Source: Thermoleophilia bacterium
Lineage (GTDB): Bacteria; Actinomycetota; Thermoleophilia; UBA2241
DNA length: 64,000 nucleotides
Assembly (NCBI GenBank): GCA_016933475.1
Contig: JAFGAW010000027.1
Location: 403-64,402 of the forward strand
Direction of reading: 5' to 3'
Positions 54,943 to 62,674 of this stretch are shown here, one piece after another (the first letter of the stretch is position 1; every line of letters starts with the position of its first letter). The notes under the pieces were generated by a model. That model was not told where the DNA came from and searched no databases. It saw nothing but the letters and a program-made list of their open reading frames with translations. A program made the translations under genes and the position numbers.

Positions 54943-56811
54943 ATGGACGAGCACGCAGACGGGCCTCCGGGCCCTGTCGACGACATCATCGGCGCAGCGC
55001 CCCTCGACGGCCGGTACCGCGCGACGCGCCGGATCGGCGGCGGGGGGATGGCCGACGTCTACCTCGCCGAGGACCTCGTCCTCGGTCGGTTCGTAGCCGT
55101 CAAGGTACTGCGCCGCGAGCTCGCGCTCGACGCCGAGTTCGTCGAGCGCTTCGACACCGAAGCGCGCGCTGCGGCTTCGTTGAGCCATCCCAACATCGTC
55201 GCCATCCACGACCGCGGGCGCTCCGGCGAGCCCTGGTACATCGTCATGGAGTACGTCCCCGGGGAGACGCTGAAGCAGCGGGTGCGCCGCGCGGGTGCAT
55301 TGCCGTGCCGGGAGGCGGCCGCGATCGCCGTCGACGTCCTCGGGGCGCTCCAGGCTGCCCACGATCGCGGCATCGTCCACCGTGACGTCACCGCGCAGAA
55401 CGTACTCCTCGGCGACGACGGCAGGGTCAGGGTCGCCGACTTCGGCATCGCCCGCATCGGGGCGTCCTCGCTCACCAAGACCGGGATGACCCTGGGGACC
55501 AGCCTGTACCTGTCGCCGGAACAGGCGCGGGGCCTCGTCGCGGACGCGCGCTCCGACGTGTACGGGGCCGGGGTCGTGCTGTACGAGATGCTGACCGGGC
55601 GCGTGCCGTTCGACGGCGACACCGAGGTGGCGATCGCCTGGCAGCACGTGCACGAGGCGCCGCCGCGCCCGCGCGAGCTGCAGGCGAGCGTGTCGGAGGC
55701 GCTCGAGGCGGTGGTGCTGCGAGCGCTCGCCAAGGACCCCGGCGAACGCTTCCAGACGGCGGCCGAGTTCGCTGCGGCGCTTGTCGCGGTGGTGGCGGCG
55801 GAGAGGCCGGCTGCAGGTGCTGACGAGGATCGCCCCGGGGCGCCGGCCGCCGTTTCGCAGGGAGCAGGCGCTCAGGCTCCGGCCGCCGGCACCGACGAAG
55901 CGGGCTCACGGCCGCCCGCCGCGCCGCCGTCCGCACCGCCGCCGGCAACGGCGGTCGCGGCCGCCTCGGCCACGGCCGCGGCGGCGACCGCCGTGGCTGC
56001 CGGCGTCGTCCCCGTCGGGGTGACCGCGCCCACCGCTCTCACCGCCGGCGCGGCGTCACCGCCGGGGGAGGCGATGCCGTCCGCGGGCGCTGAGCTCGCG
56101 AGGGGACCCGACCCCGCACGGCGACGCTCGCGCCGGTGGGTGGCCGTCATCGCCGCGGTCCTCGTCGTGGCGGCCGTCGCCGTCGGCGTGTGGCTCTACA
56201 GCCTCTCCGTCGGCACCGCCGTCCCCGACGTCGTCGGGCTGAGCGAGACCGCCGCGCGCGGTGCGGTACAGGACGAAGGCCTGCGTGTCGTGACTCACCG
56301 CGAGTACGTCGACGGTGTCCCCCTGGGGTACGTGAGCCGCCAGAAGCCGCGGGCCGGCCGCGAGGCCGCCGAGGGCGACCGCGTCGAGGTCTGGGTCAGC
56401 CGTGGCCCCCTCACGGTGCCGGCGCCGGACCTGCGCGGGTCGTCCGCGAGCGCTGCCGAGGATCGCCTCATCGACGCCGAGCTCGTGCCCGAGCGCCGCA
56501 GCGGTCGCTCGGACGACGCAGCCGCGGGCGACGTCTTCCGGCAGGAGCCGCAGGCCGGTGCACTCGTCACCCGTGGGGACACCGTCGTCTACTGGGTCAG
56601 CACCGGGCTGCCGCGGGTGCGCGTGCCCGACGTCGTCGGCCTGTCGTCGGGGCAGGCAGCGACGCTGCTCGAGGAGGCCGGGCTCACCGCGAGCGTCGAC
56701 CTCACGTTCGGCTGGGGCGAATACCCCGACACCGTCGTCGAGCAGGACCCGGTCGCCGGCGAGAAGGTCGATCGAGGCGTCGAGGTGGTCATCCGCGTCG
56801 CGGTCTTCTGA
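54943..56811 (+). CDS. Ser/Thr protein kinase with TM helix and three extracellular PASTA domains (PknB-like)
   Basis: Kinase subdomains (GGGGMADVYLA, VAVK, HRDVTAQNVLL, DFGIA); TM segment (WVAVIAAVLVVAAVAVGVWLY); three PASTA repeats; start at internal ATG (MDEHADG). Confidence 0.85.
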   Translation: MDEHADGPPGPVDDIIGAAPLDGRYRATRRIGGGGMADVYLAEDLVLGRFVAVKVLRRELALDAEFVERFDTEARAAASLSHPNIVAIHDRGRSGEPWYIVMEYVPGETLKQRVRRAGALPCREAAAIAVDVLGALQAAHDRGIVHRDVTAQNVLLGDDGRVRVADFGIARIGASSLTKTGMTLGTSLYLSPEQARGLVADARSDVYGAGVVLYEMLTGRVPFDGDTEVAIAWQHVHEAPPRPRELQASVSEALEAVVLRALAKDPGERFQTAAEFAAALVAVVAAERPAAGADEDRPGAPAAVSQGAGAQAPAAGTDEAGSRPPAAPPSAPPPATAVAAASATAAAATAVAAGVVPVGVTAPTALTAGAASPPGEAMPSAGAELARGPDPARRRSRRWVAVIAAVLVVAAVAVGVWLYSLSVGTAVPDVVGLSETAARGAVQDEGLRVVTHREYVDGVPLGYVSRQKPRAGREAAEGDRVEVWVSRGPLTVPAPDLRGSSASAAEDRLIDAELVPERRSGRSDDAAAGDVFRQEPQAGALVTRGDTVVYWVSTGLPRVRVPDVVGLSSGQAATLLEEAGLTASVDLTFGWGEYPDTVVEQDPVAGEKVDRGVEVVIRVAVF

Positions 56812-56875
56812 CGCGGCGCCGCTGCCGCACACCGCCCACGCCGGCAGCCGGCAGCCTCTATCGGCGGCCCCTCTT

Positions 56876-57739
56876 CTACATCACCACGGCCAGGATGCTC
56901 ACCCCGGCGATCGTCGCCAGCACGCCGGCCGTCTGCCACCACGCCGGGCGCTCGCGCAGCAGCAGGAACCCGAGGATGGCCGAGACGGTCGCCGTCTGGG
57001 CGAGCAGGACCGAGGCGACCGACACCGGGCCGAGGGCGAGGGCCGCGCTCGCCGCGAGGAAGGCGAGCATGTCGAGCACGCTGACCCCGATGATGCCCGC
57101 CGCGCGCCCGCGCGGCGGAAAGAGGACGCGGCCGGCGGCGGCGATAGGGACCATGACGGCGAGCCCCGCGACCGACGCCACCGTCACCGTCGTGAGCGGC
57201 GAGAAGGCGTCGATCGCGCCGTAGGCGACGAACACGACGGCCATCGCCACCGCCGTGACGAGGGCGAGGCCGGCGCCGGCGGCGAAGCGCCACCGGCGCC
57301 GCTCCGCGCCCGGGGTCGCCTCACGATCGCGCTCGACCGCGGCGAGCAGGCCGCCGCCCGCCGCCAGGACGAGGCCGGCGGCCGCGGCCGCGCTGAGTGT
57401 CTCGCCCGCGGCGATGGAGACCGTCGCCGCGAAGGCGCCGTCGAGGCACGCGAGCACGACGACGAGGGAGAGCTTGCCCACGCGCAGGGCGAGCAGGAAG
57501 GCGCCCGTCGCCGCCGTATAGAGCAGGCCGCCGACGGCGGCGAGCCCGAGGTCGCCGAGCTCGGCCCTGCCCGGCAGGCCGTCGACGACCAGCGCCGGCA
57601 CGCCCAGGAGCACGATGCCGGTGGCGAACATCGCGACGGTGATCGTCATCCACGAGACGCTGCGCAGCAGGCGCTGGCTGAAGAGGTTGTAGAGCGAGTA
57701 ACCACACGCTGCCGTCAGACCGAGGGCTATCGTCGTCAT
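56876..57739 (-). CDS. EamA/DMT-superfamily transporter
   Basis: 287 aa, about 10 hydrophobic helices in two EamA-like halves. Confidence 0.5.
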   Translation of the reverse strand: MTTIALGLTAACGYSLYNLFSQRLLRSVSWMTITVAMFATGIVLLGVPALVVDGLPGRAELGDLGLAAVGGLLYTAATGAFLLALRVGKLSLVVVLACLDGAFAATVSIAAGETLSAAAAAGLVLAAGGGLLAAVERDREATPGAERRRWRFAAGAGLALVTAVAMAVVFVAYGAIDAFSPLTTVTVASVAGLAVMVPIAAAGRVLFPPRGRAAGIIGVSVLDMLAFLAASAALALGPVSVASVLLAQTATVSAILGFLLLRERPAWWQTAGVLATIAGVSILAVVM

Positions 57740-57911
57740 CGCTCCCGAGTCTACGTGGCGTGCTGCCGCCGCGGAAGGCGCAGGGACGGGGCAGAGGCGC
57801 GGAAGGCGCAGGGACGGGGCAGAGGCGCGGGAGGGCGCGCCGGCCGTGCCGCACGGTCGGTGGCGGCGCGCCCGGCCCGGCGTGCCCTCCCCGCCCCCCT
57901 TGTGGCCGCAG

Positions 57912-58621
57912 CGCGTGCAGAAGAGCGTCGAGGGCCTGACGCAGAGGAACGGCTACCGCGAGCGCCTCGGGCAGACCCGCGCCGGCGAGAGCGCGCTCGC
58001 GGTCCCGCGGCTGCGAAGCGGCACGTACTTCCCCAGCTTCCTCGAGCCGCGCTCCCGGAGCGAGAAGGCGCTTGTCGCCGTCGTCCAGGAGGCCTGCGTG
58101 GGAGGCGTCTCGACGCGCAAGGTCGAGCGCTTCGTCACGCATCTCGGGCTCGCCGGCAGGAGCCGGTCGGCGGTCAGCCGCCTCTGCACGAGATTCGACG
58201 AGCAGGTGCGCTTCTTTCGCGAGCGGCCCTTGGAAGGGAGGTACCCCCACCTGTGACTCGACGCCAAGGTGGAGCGCGTGAGAGCGCCGGGGGGGTGCGT
58301 CACAAAGCGCTGGCCAGCGCTTACTGCATGCACGAGACGGCAAAGCGGGAGGCGATCGGCATCGACGTCGGCGAGACCGAGGCCTTCCGGCGTGAGTCCC
58401 TCGGGGGCCTGAGGAGTCGCAGCCTGACCGGCGTTGCCGCCGCCCTCGAGGGTACGGCGGCCAAGGTCGCCCGGCTGCTCGCCGCTGCTCGTGGGCACGT
58501 GGGCCGACGCCGCCTGGGCGGTCGGCCGCGACGAGCGGCATGGTCCCGGCTCGTGGCGTCGGTGAAGAGGGACCGCCCGCTGCGGCGCCATTTGACCCAA
58601 GAGACCACCCTGTCCGGGTGA
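57912..58621 (+). mobile_element. IS256-family transposase remnant (5'- and 3'-truncated, nonsense mutation plus frameshift); no terminal inverted repeats identified
   Basis: NGYRER...PRLRSGTYFPSFLEPRSRSEKAL...GVSTRKVERFV...RFDEQVRFFRERPLEGRYPHL matches the IS256 transposase N-terminal half. The conserved YPYLW motif is interrupted (YPHL-TGA; TGG to TGA). Homology then continues in another frame (LDAKVERV...AIGIDVGETEAFRRESLGGLRSRSLTGV). Confidence 0.65.
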
Positions 58622-58659
58622 TGTGCGGCTTCGTCCTTCGGCCTACGCTCGTCTCGTGA

Positions 58660-59106
58660 GTGCAAGGAGAACGGAGGAGCGGAGGAATCATGAGCGTCAC
58701 CGTCGCACACAGCCCCCACATCCATCTGCCCTACAAGTCGATCGCGTTCTTCCTCGCCGCGGCCGCGGTCGCCGCGGCGGTGCTGGTTCTCGTCAGCCAG
58801 TCCCGGGAGTCGCAGCACGCGAGCCAGACAACGAGCATCGCGACGGGCAAGGCTGAAGCCGTCGCCATGCCGAAGCCGGAATCGTGGTCCCTGCTGCGGG
58901 CCCACCCCGAGCTGGCTGTGGCCGCGGGGGAGACTACGACCGGCGCCACGACGACGACGGACGTCGAGCCGCGGCACAACCTGGCGATCAGCACCACGCT
59001 GGATGGCGAGGCCGCCTACATCTCCCAGCCGCCGACGCCATGGTACGCGCCGGGAGAGGTCGAGAACGCGCACCCGATGAACTTCATCGCCGGTTCGACG
59101 CGATGA
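58660..59106 (+). CDS. Hypothetical small membrane-anchored protein
   Basis: Single hydrophobic helix (IAFFLAAAAVAAAVLVLV); no similarity recognised; weak call. Confidence 0.3.
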   Translation: MQGERRSGGIMSVTVAHSPHIHLPYKSIAFFLAAAAVAAAVLVLVSQSRESQHASQTTSIATGKAEAVAMPKPESWSLLRAHPELAVAAGETTTGATTTTDVEPRHNLAISTTLDGEAAYISQPPTPWYAPGEVENAHPMNFIAGSTR

Positions 59107-59287
59107 AGCGCCACAGGATCCGCGGGTCGCTCCGCGGGCCCGGCGGTCCGGCCGCTCCGTAAGGGGGCCGCCGGGGCGACGCCCCGGCGGCCCCCTCGTC
59201 ACTGCCGGCTGAGCCCTACCGTTGACTGCGCGCCCCTTGTCCATACACTAGCTTCGCAGGAGGGTCACACCGGCGAAGGCAGGGACC

Positions 59288-61606
59288 GTGGGCTGCACAG
59301 GGCGTCGGGCGCAGCCAGGCGACTCGTCCACGAGCGACGGGCTGCAAGGCGCCGCCTGCGACGCCTCCGCCGCTGGGGCGTCGCGCGCAATCGACGTCGA
59401 TCTGCTTCGCACCCGGCCCCTGAGTCCGAAGCTGAAGCCGCCGCGGCCGGATCTGCCGCTGGTCACGCGGCGCGCCCTGCTCGCGACGCTCGCCGAGTGC
59501 TCGGCTCCTCTGGTCGTCGTGTCCGCCCCGGCGGGCGCCGGAAAGACGATCTGTCTGCTCGAGTGGGTCGACGCAGATCCGCGGCCGGTGGCGTGGGTCA
59601 CCCTCGACAGGGCCGACGACGACCGGGTGGTGTTCCTCTACTCGCTCGTCCGAGCGCTCGACCCGGTCACAGCGCTCGAGCCCGATCTGCTCGATCTGCT
59701 GCAGCTTCATTCGCCGCCCGTTGAGGAGCAGATCCTGCCGCGGCTCGCCGCCGCCCTCGGCCGCGCCGCACCCTTCGTACTGGTCCTCGACGACGCCCAT
59801 CGCCTGCGGAGCGCGCCCTGCTGGAGCGTCGTCCGCGCAGTGCTCGACGCCTTGCCGCCGGGGGCTCAGCTGGCTCTGGGCACGCGCCGCGACCCGCCGC
59901 TGCGGCTGGCGGCGCTGCGGGCGCGAGGCGCAGTGCTCGAGATCCGCGCCGGCGATCTCGCGTTCGACCGAGAGGAGGCGTCGAGGCTGCTCGGCGAGCA
60001 CGACGAGCCGCCCGATGGACCGACGCTCGACGCGGTGATGCACGCCACAGAGGGATGGGCCGCCGGCCTGTACCTTGCGACGCTGGCCGGGCGCACGCGC
60101 GGGCGGGAGCGCGACGCCGGCGGCCGGCTCCGGGAGCTGGGCGGCGACCAGCGCGAGATCGCCGAGTACCTCGCCACCGAGGTCCTCGAGGGCCAGGCCC
60201 CCGACGTGCAGGAGTTCCTGCTGCGCACGAGCGTCCTGGAGCACGCGGGCACGGCGGAGTGCCGTGCCCTGACCGGCAGAGAGGACGCGCACGAGATGCT
60301 CGCCCGCCTTGCCGGCGAGAACCTCTTCGTCGTCCCGCTCGGCGCCGGCGCGTACCGCTACCACCACCTTTTCGCCGAGTTCCTGCGCGCCGAGCTGAGG
60401 CGCCGCGCGCCGGACGAGGCGCGGCGCCTCCATCAGACGGCGGCGGACTGGTTCTGCGAGGAGGGCGACGTGGACCAGGCCGTCCATCACTGGCTGGCCG
60501 CCGGCGACGTCGACCAGGCCGCCGCCACGGTCACCTCCGCGTGGCCGCGGATGTGGAACCGCGGCCAGATCGAGACCGTGCGGCGCTGGCTGCAGGGCTT
60601 CACCGACGAGCAGATCCTCGAGCGTCCTGCCCTGACGCTGTGCGCCGGCTGGGTGCTGACGGCGCTGAGCGACACCCGCTTGGGGCGGCGCTGGGGGCAG
60701 GCCGCCTGCAGCGCCCACGTCGGCGACGAGCCGTCGCCCGACGGCGCCGTCTCGCTGCGCTCGTCGCAGGCGCTGCTGCGCGCGAATCTGGGGCTCGACG
60801 GGGTCAAGCGCATGCGCGCGGACGCCGAGCTCGCGGCCGAACTGGAGAGCCGCCCCGGAACCAGCTGGTACGCAGACGCCCAAGGCGCGCTCGGCGTCGC
60901 GCGCTGGCTTTCGGGCGCCGAGCGGCACGCCGAGGCCGCACTCCAGAGGACGGTGCGCGAGGGTGAGGTGTCGAACCCGTCGGCCGAGCTGGCGGCGCTC
61001 GGCACGCTCGCGCTGATCGCCGCCGACCGCGGCGACTGGGACGCGGCCCGCGAGTTCGCCGACCGCGCCGCGGCGCTTCTCGAGGCGTGCGGCTTCGGCA
61101 CGGGTCGGCGCAGCCTGCCGATGCTTCTCGCACGGGCGGACCTGCTGGCACGCGAGGGGGACCCGGAGGTTGTCGCCGTGGAGGGCCGCGCAGCGCGCGT
61201 CCTCGAGACGATGGTGCCGCACCCGTGGCTGACGCTGCTGGCGAGCGTCGTTCTCGGCGAGACGATGCTCGAGCACGGGGACGTTCGGGCGGCGCAGGGC
61301 TGGAGCAGGCGAGCGGCCGAGCTCCTGCGCCACTACTCCGACTCCGGGATCCTCGGTCCGCGCGCCGAGCGCCTGCGCAGGTCGGTCGAGGCCGCCTCGT
61401 GCACCGATGCGCTGACCGCGGCCGAGCACCGCGTGCTCGAGTTCCTCCCGACGCACATGAGCGACGCGCAGATCGGTGAGCACCTGTTCATCACGCGCAA
61501 CACGGTCAAGTCGCACCTGCGCGCCGTGTATCGCAAGCTCGGGGTCGCGTCGCGCGACGAAGCGGTCGCGCGGGCGCGCGGGCTCGGGCTGCTCAGGAAG
61601 CCCTGA
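59288..61606 (+). CDS. LAL-family (large ATP-binding LuxR) transcriptional regulator
   Basis: Walker A (VVSAPAGAGKT); large helical/TPR-like middle region; C-terminal LuxR HTH (AEHRVLEFLPTHMSDAQIGEHLFITRNTVKSHLRAVYRKLGV). Confidence 0.8.
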   Translation: MGCTGRRAQPGDSSTSDGLQGAACDASAAGASRAIDVDLLRTRPLSPKLKPPRPDLPLVTRRALLATLAECSAPLVVVSAPAGAGKTICLLEWVDADPRPVAWVTLDRADDDRVVFLYSLVRALDPVTALEPDLLDLLQLHSPPVEEQILPRLAAALGRAAPFVLVLDDAHRLRSAPCWSVVRAVLDALPPGAQLALGTRRDPPLRLAALRARGAVLEIRAGDLAFDREEASRLLGEHDEPPDGPTLDAVMHATEGWAAGLYLATLAGRTRGRERDAGGRLRELGGDQREIAEYLATEVLEGQAPDVQEFLLRTSVLEHAGTAECRALTGREDAHEMLARLAGENLFVVPLGAGAYRYHHLFAEFLRAELRRRAPDEARRLHQTAADWFCEEGDVDQAVHHWLAAGDVDQAAATVTSAWPRMWNRGQIETVRRWLQGFTDEQILERPALTLCAGWVLTALSDTRLGRRWGQAACSAHVGDEPSPDGAVSLRSSQALLRANLGLDGVKRMRADAELAAELESRPGTSWYADAQGALGVARWLSGAERHAEAALQRTVREGEVSNPSAELAALGTLALIAADRGDWDAAREFADRAAALLEACGFGTGRRSLPMLLARADLLAREGDPEVVAVEGRAARVLETMVPHPWLTLLASVVLGETMLEHGDVRAAQGWSRRAAELLRHYSDSGILGPRAERLRRSVEAASCTDALTAAEHRVLEFLPTHMSDAQIGEHLFITRNTVKSHLRAVYRKLGVASRDEAVARARGLGLLRKP

Positions 61607-61861
61607 GCAGGGCCTCGGTCTCTTCGAGCGCCGGCCTCGCCTTGAGGCGCGCGAGATTGATGCGCCATGTGGTCGGCGAGCTCGTCCAGCCTTGCGCTCG
61701 CCGAGTCCTCGAACCACGCCACAACGCTCGCGTGCTTCCGCGCCTTCACAGCTCGCGTGAGCTCTGCGCAGGCGACGTCTCGCGCAAGGCGGCAAGATCC
61801 TCCGCCCGTTCGAGAAAGGCCTGGCGGTCGTGCCGCCGGGCTGCAGGCCGGCGCGCGCGAG

Positions 61862-62503
61862 GGCTCGCGTGGCGAGCCAGACCTGTACGGGCTCGCTCTT
61901 GCTCCTGGCGACGACCGGCGGAAGCCTCTCGTACTCGAACAGCCGGCTGGTCAGCTCGTGGGTGAGCGCGCCGACGGCGACGCCGCCGGGCGGGGCGGCC
62001 GCCTGCAGGCGCGCCGCCGTGTTGACGGCGTCGCCGTGCACGAAGCCGCGCCCACTGGCGGGATCCACGTCGAGGCGCGCCAGGACCTCGCCGGTGTTGA
62101 TGCCGATGGCGGACCTCAAGGGGTCCGCCATCGGGACGAGTCATGCCCTCGAGCGCTTCGAGCAGGCGCAGGCCGGCGCGCACGGCGCGCTCGGCATCGT
62201 CCTCGTGCGCGGTCGGTACGCCGAGCACCCCGGCCACGGCGTCGCCGACAAACGTCTTCACAGTGCCGCCGCGGCTCTCGATCACCCGCCGCCCGGTCTC
62301 CTGATAGCGGCCAAGCAGGGCGTCGAGGTCCTCGGGGTCGGCACTCTCGCCCATGGCGGTGAAGCCGACGAGATCGGCAAACGACATCGTGGCGAGCTCT
62401 TGCTCCTCGTCGAGGCAGGGCGGGGCCGTGAGCCGTGCCCGCATCGCCCACAGAACGTAAAGCCGTCGGGGTTCTCGGCGCCGCAGGAGGGGCACATCAG
62501 CAC
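61862..62503 (-). pseudogene. Class-III adenylate/guanylate cyclase with N-terminal zinc ribbon, disrupted by two frameshifts
   Basis: Frame A: zinc ribbon MLMCPSCGAENPDGFTFCGRCG. Frame B: EEQELATMSFADLVGFTAMGES...TFVGDAVAGV...PLEVR. Back to frame A: IGINTGEVLARLD...GDAVNTAARLQ... These are canonical CHD cyclase motifs split across frames. Confidence 0.55.
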
Positions 62504-62674
62504 GCCGCGGCCCCTCTGCCGACAAGCGCCGTGCGCGAACGGTGTCGCCCGAGCGTCGCGGTCCTCGTCACCCGCAGCCCCCGCACGTTAAGCCCAGTCG
62601 GCTCCGTTGCCCCACGGTAGACCGCGCACGGGGAACGGACAATGGAGCCGGCGCGCAGCGCCCCGTGCGCTGTC

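Noticed and set aside
56402-58621. 739 aa plus-strand ORF spanning pknB 3' end, the EamA gene (antisense) and the IS256 fragment
   Set aside because: Only its last ~60 aa (AIGIDVGETEAF...) are meaningful, as part of the IS256 remnant. The remainder is Arg-rich antisense translation.
59216-61861. Remainder of the 971 aa minus-strand ORF beyond the cyclase domain
   Set aside because: Antisense to the well-supported LAL-LuxR gene. The translation after WLATRA is Arg/Pro-rich with no ATPase or TPR motifs, so the cyclase gene is not fused to a downstream domain on this strand.
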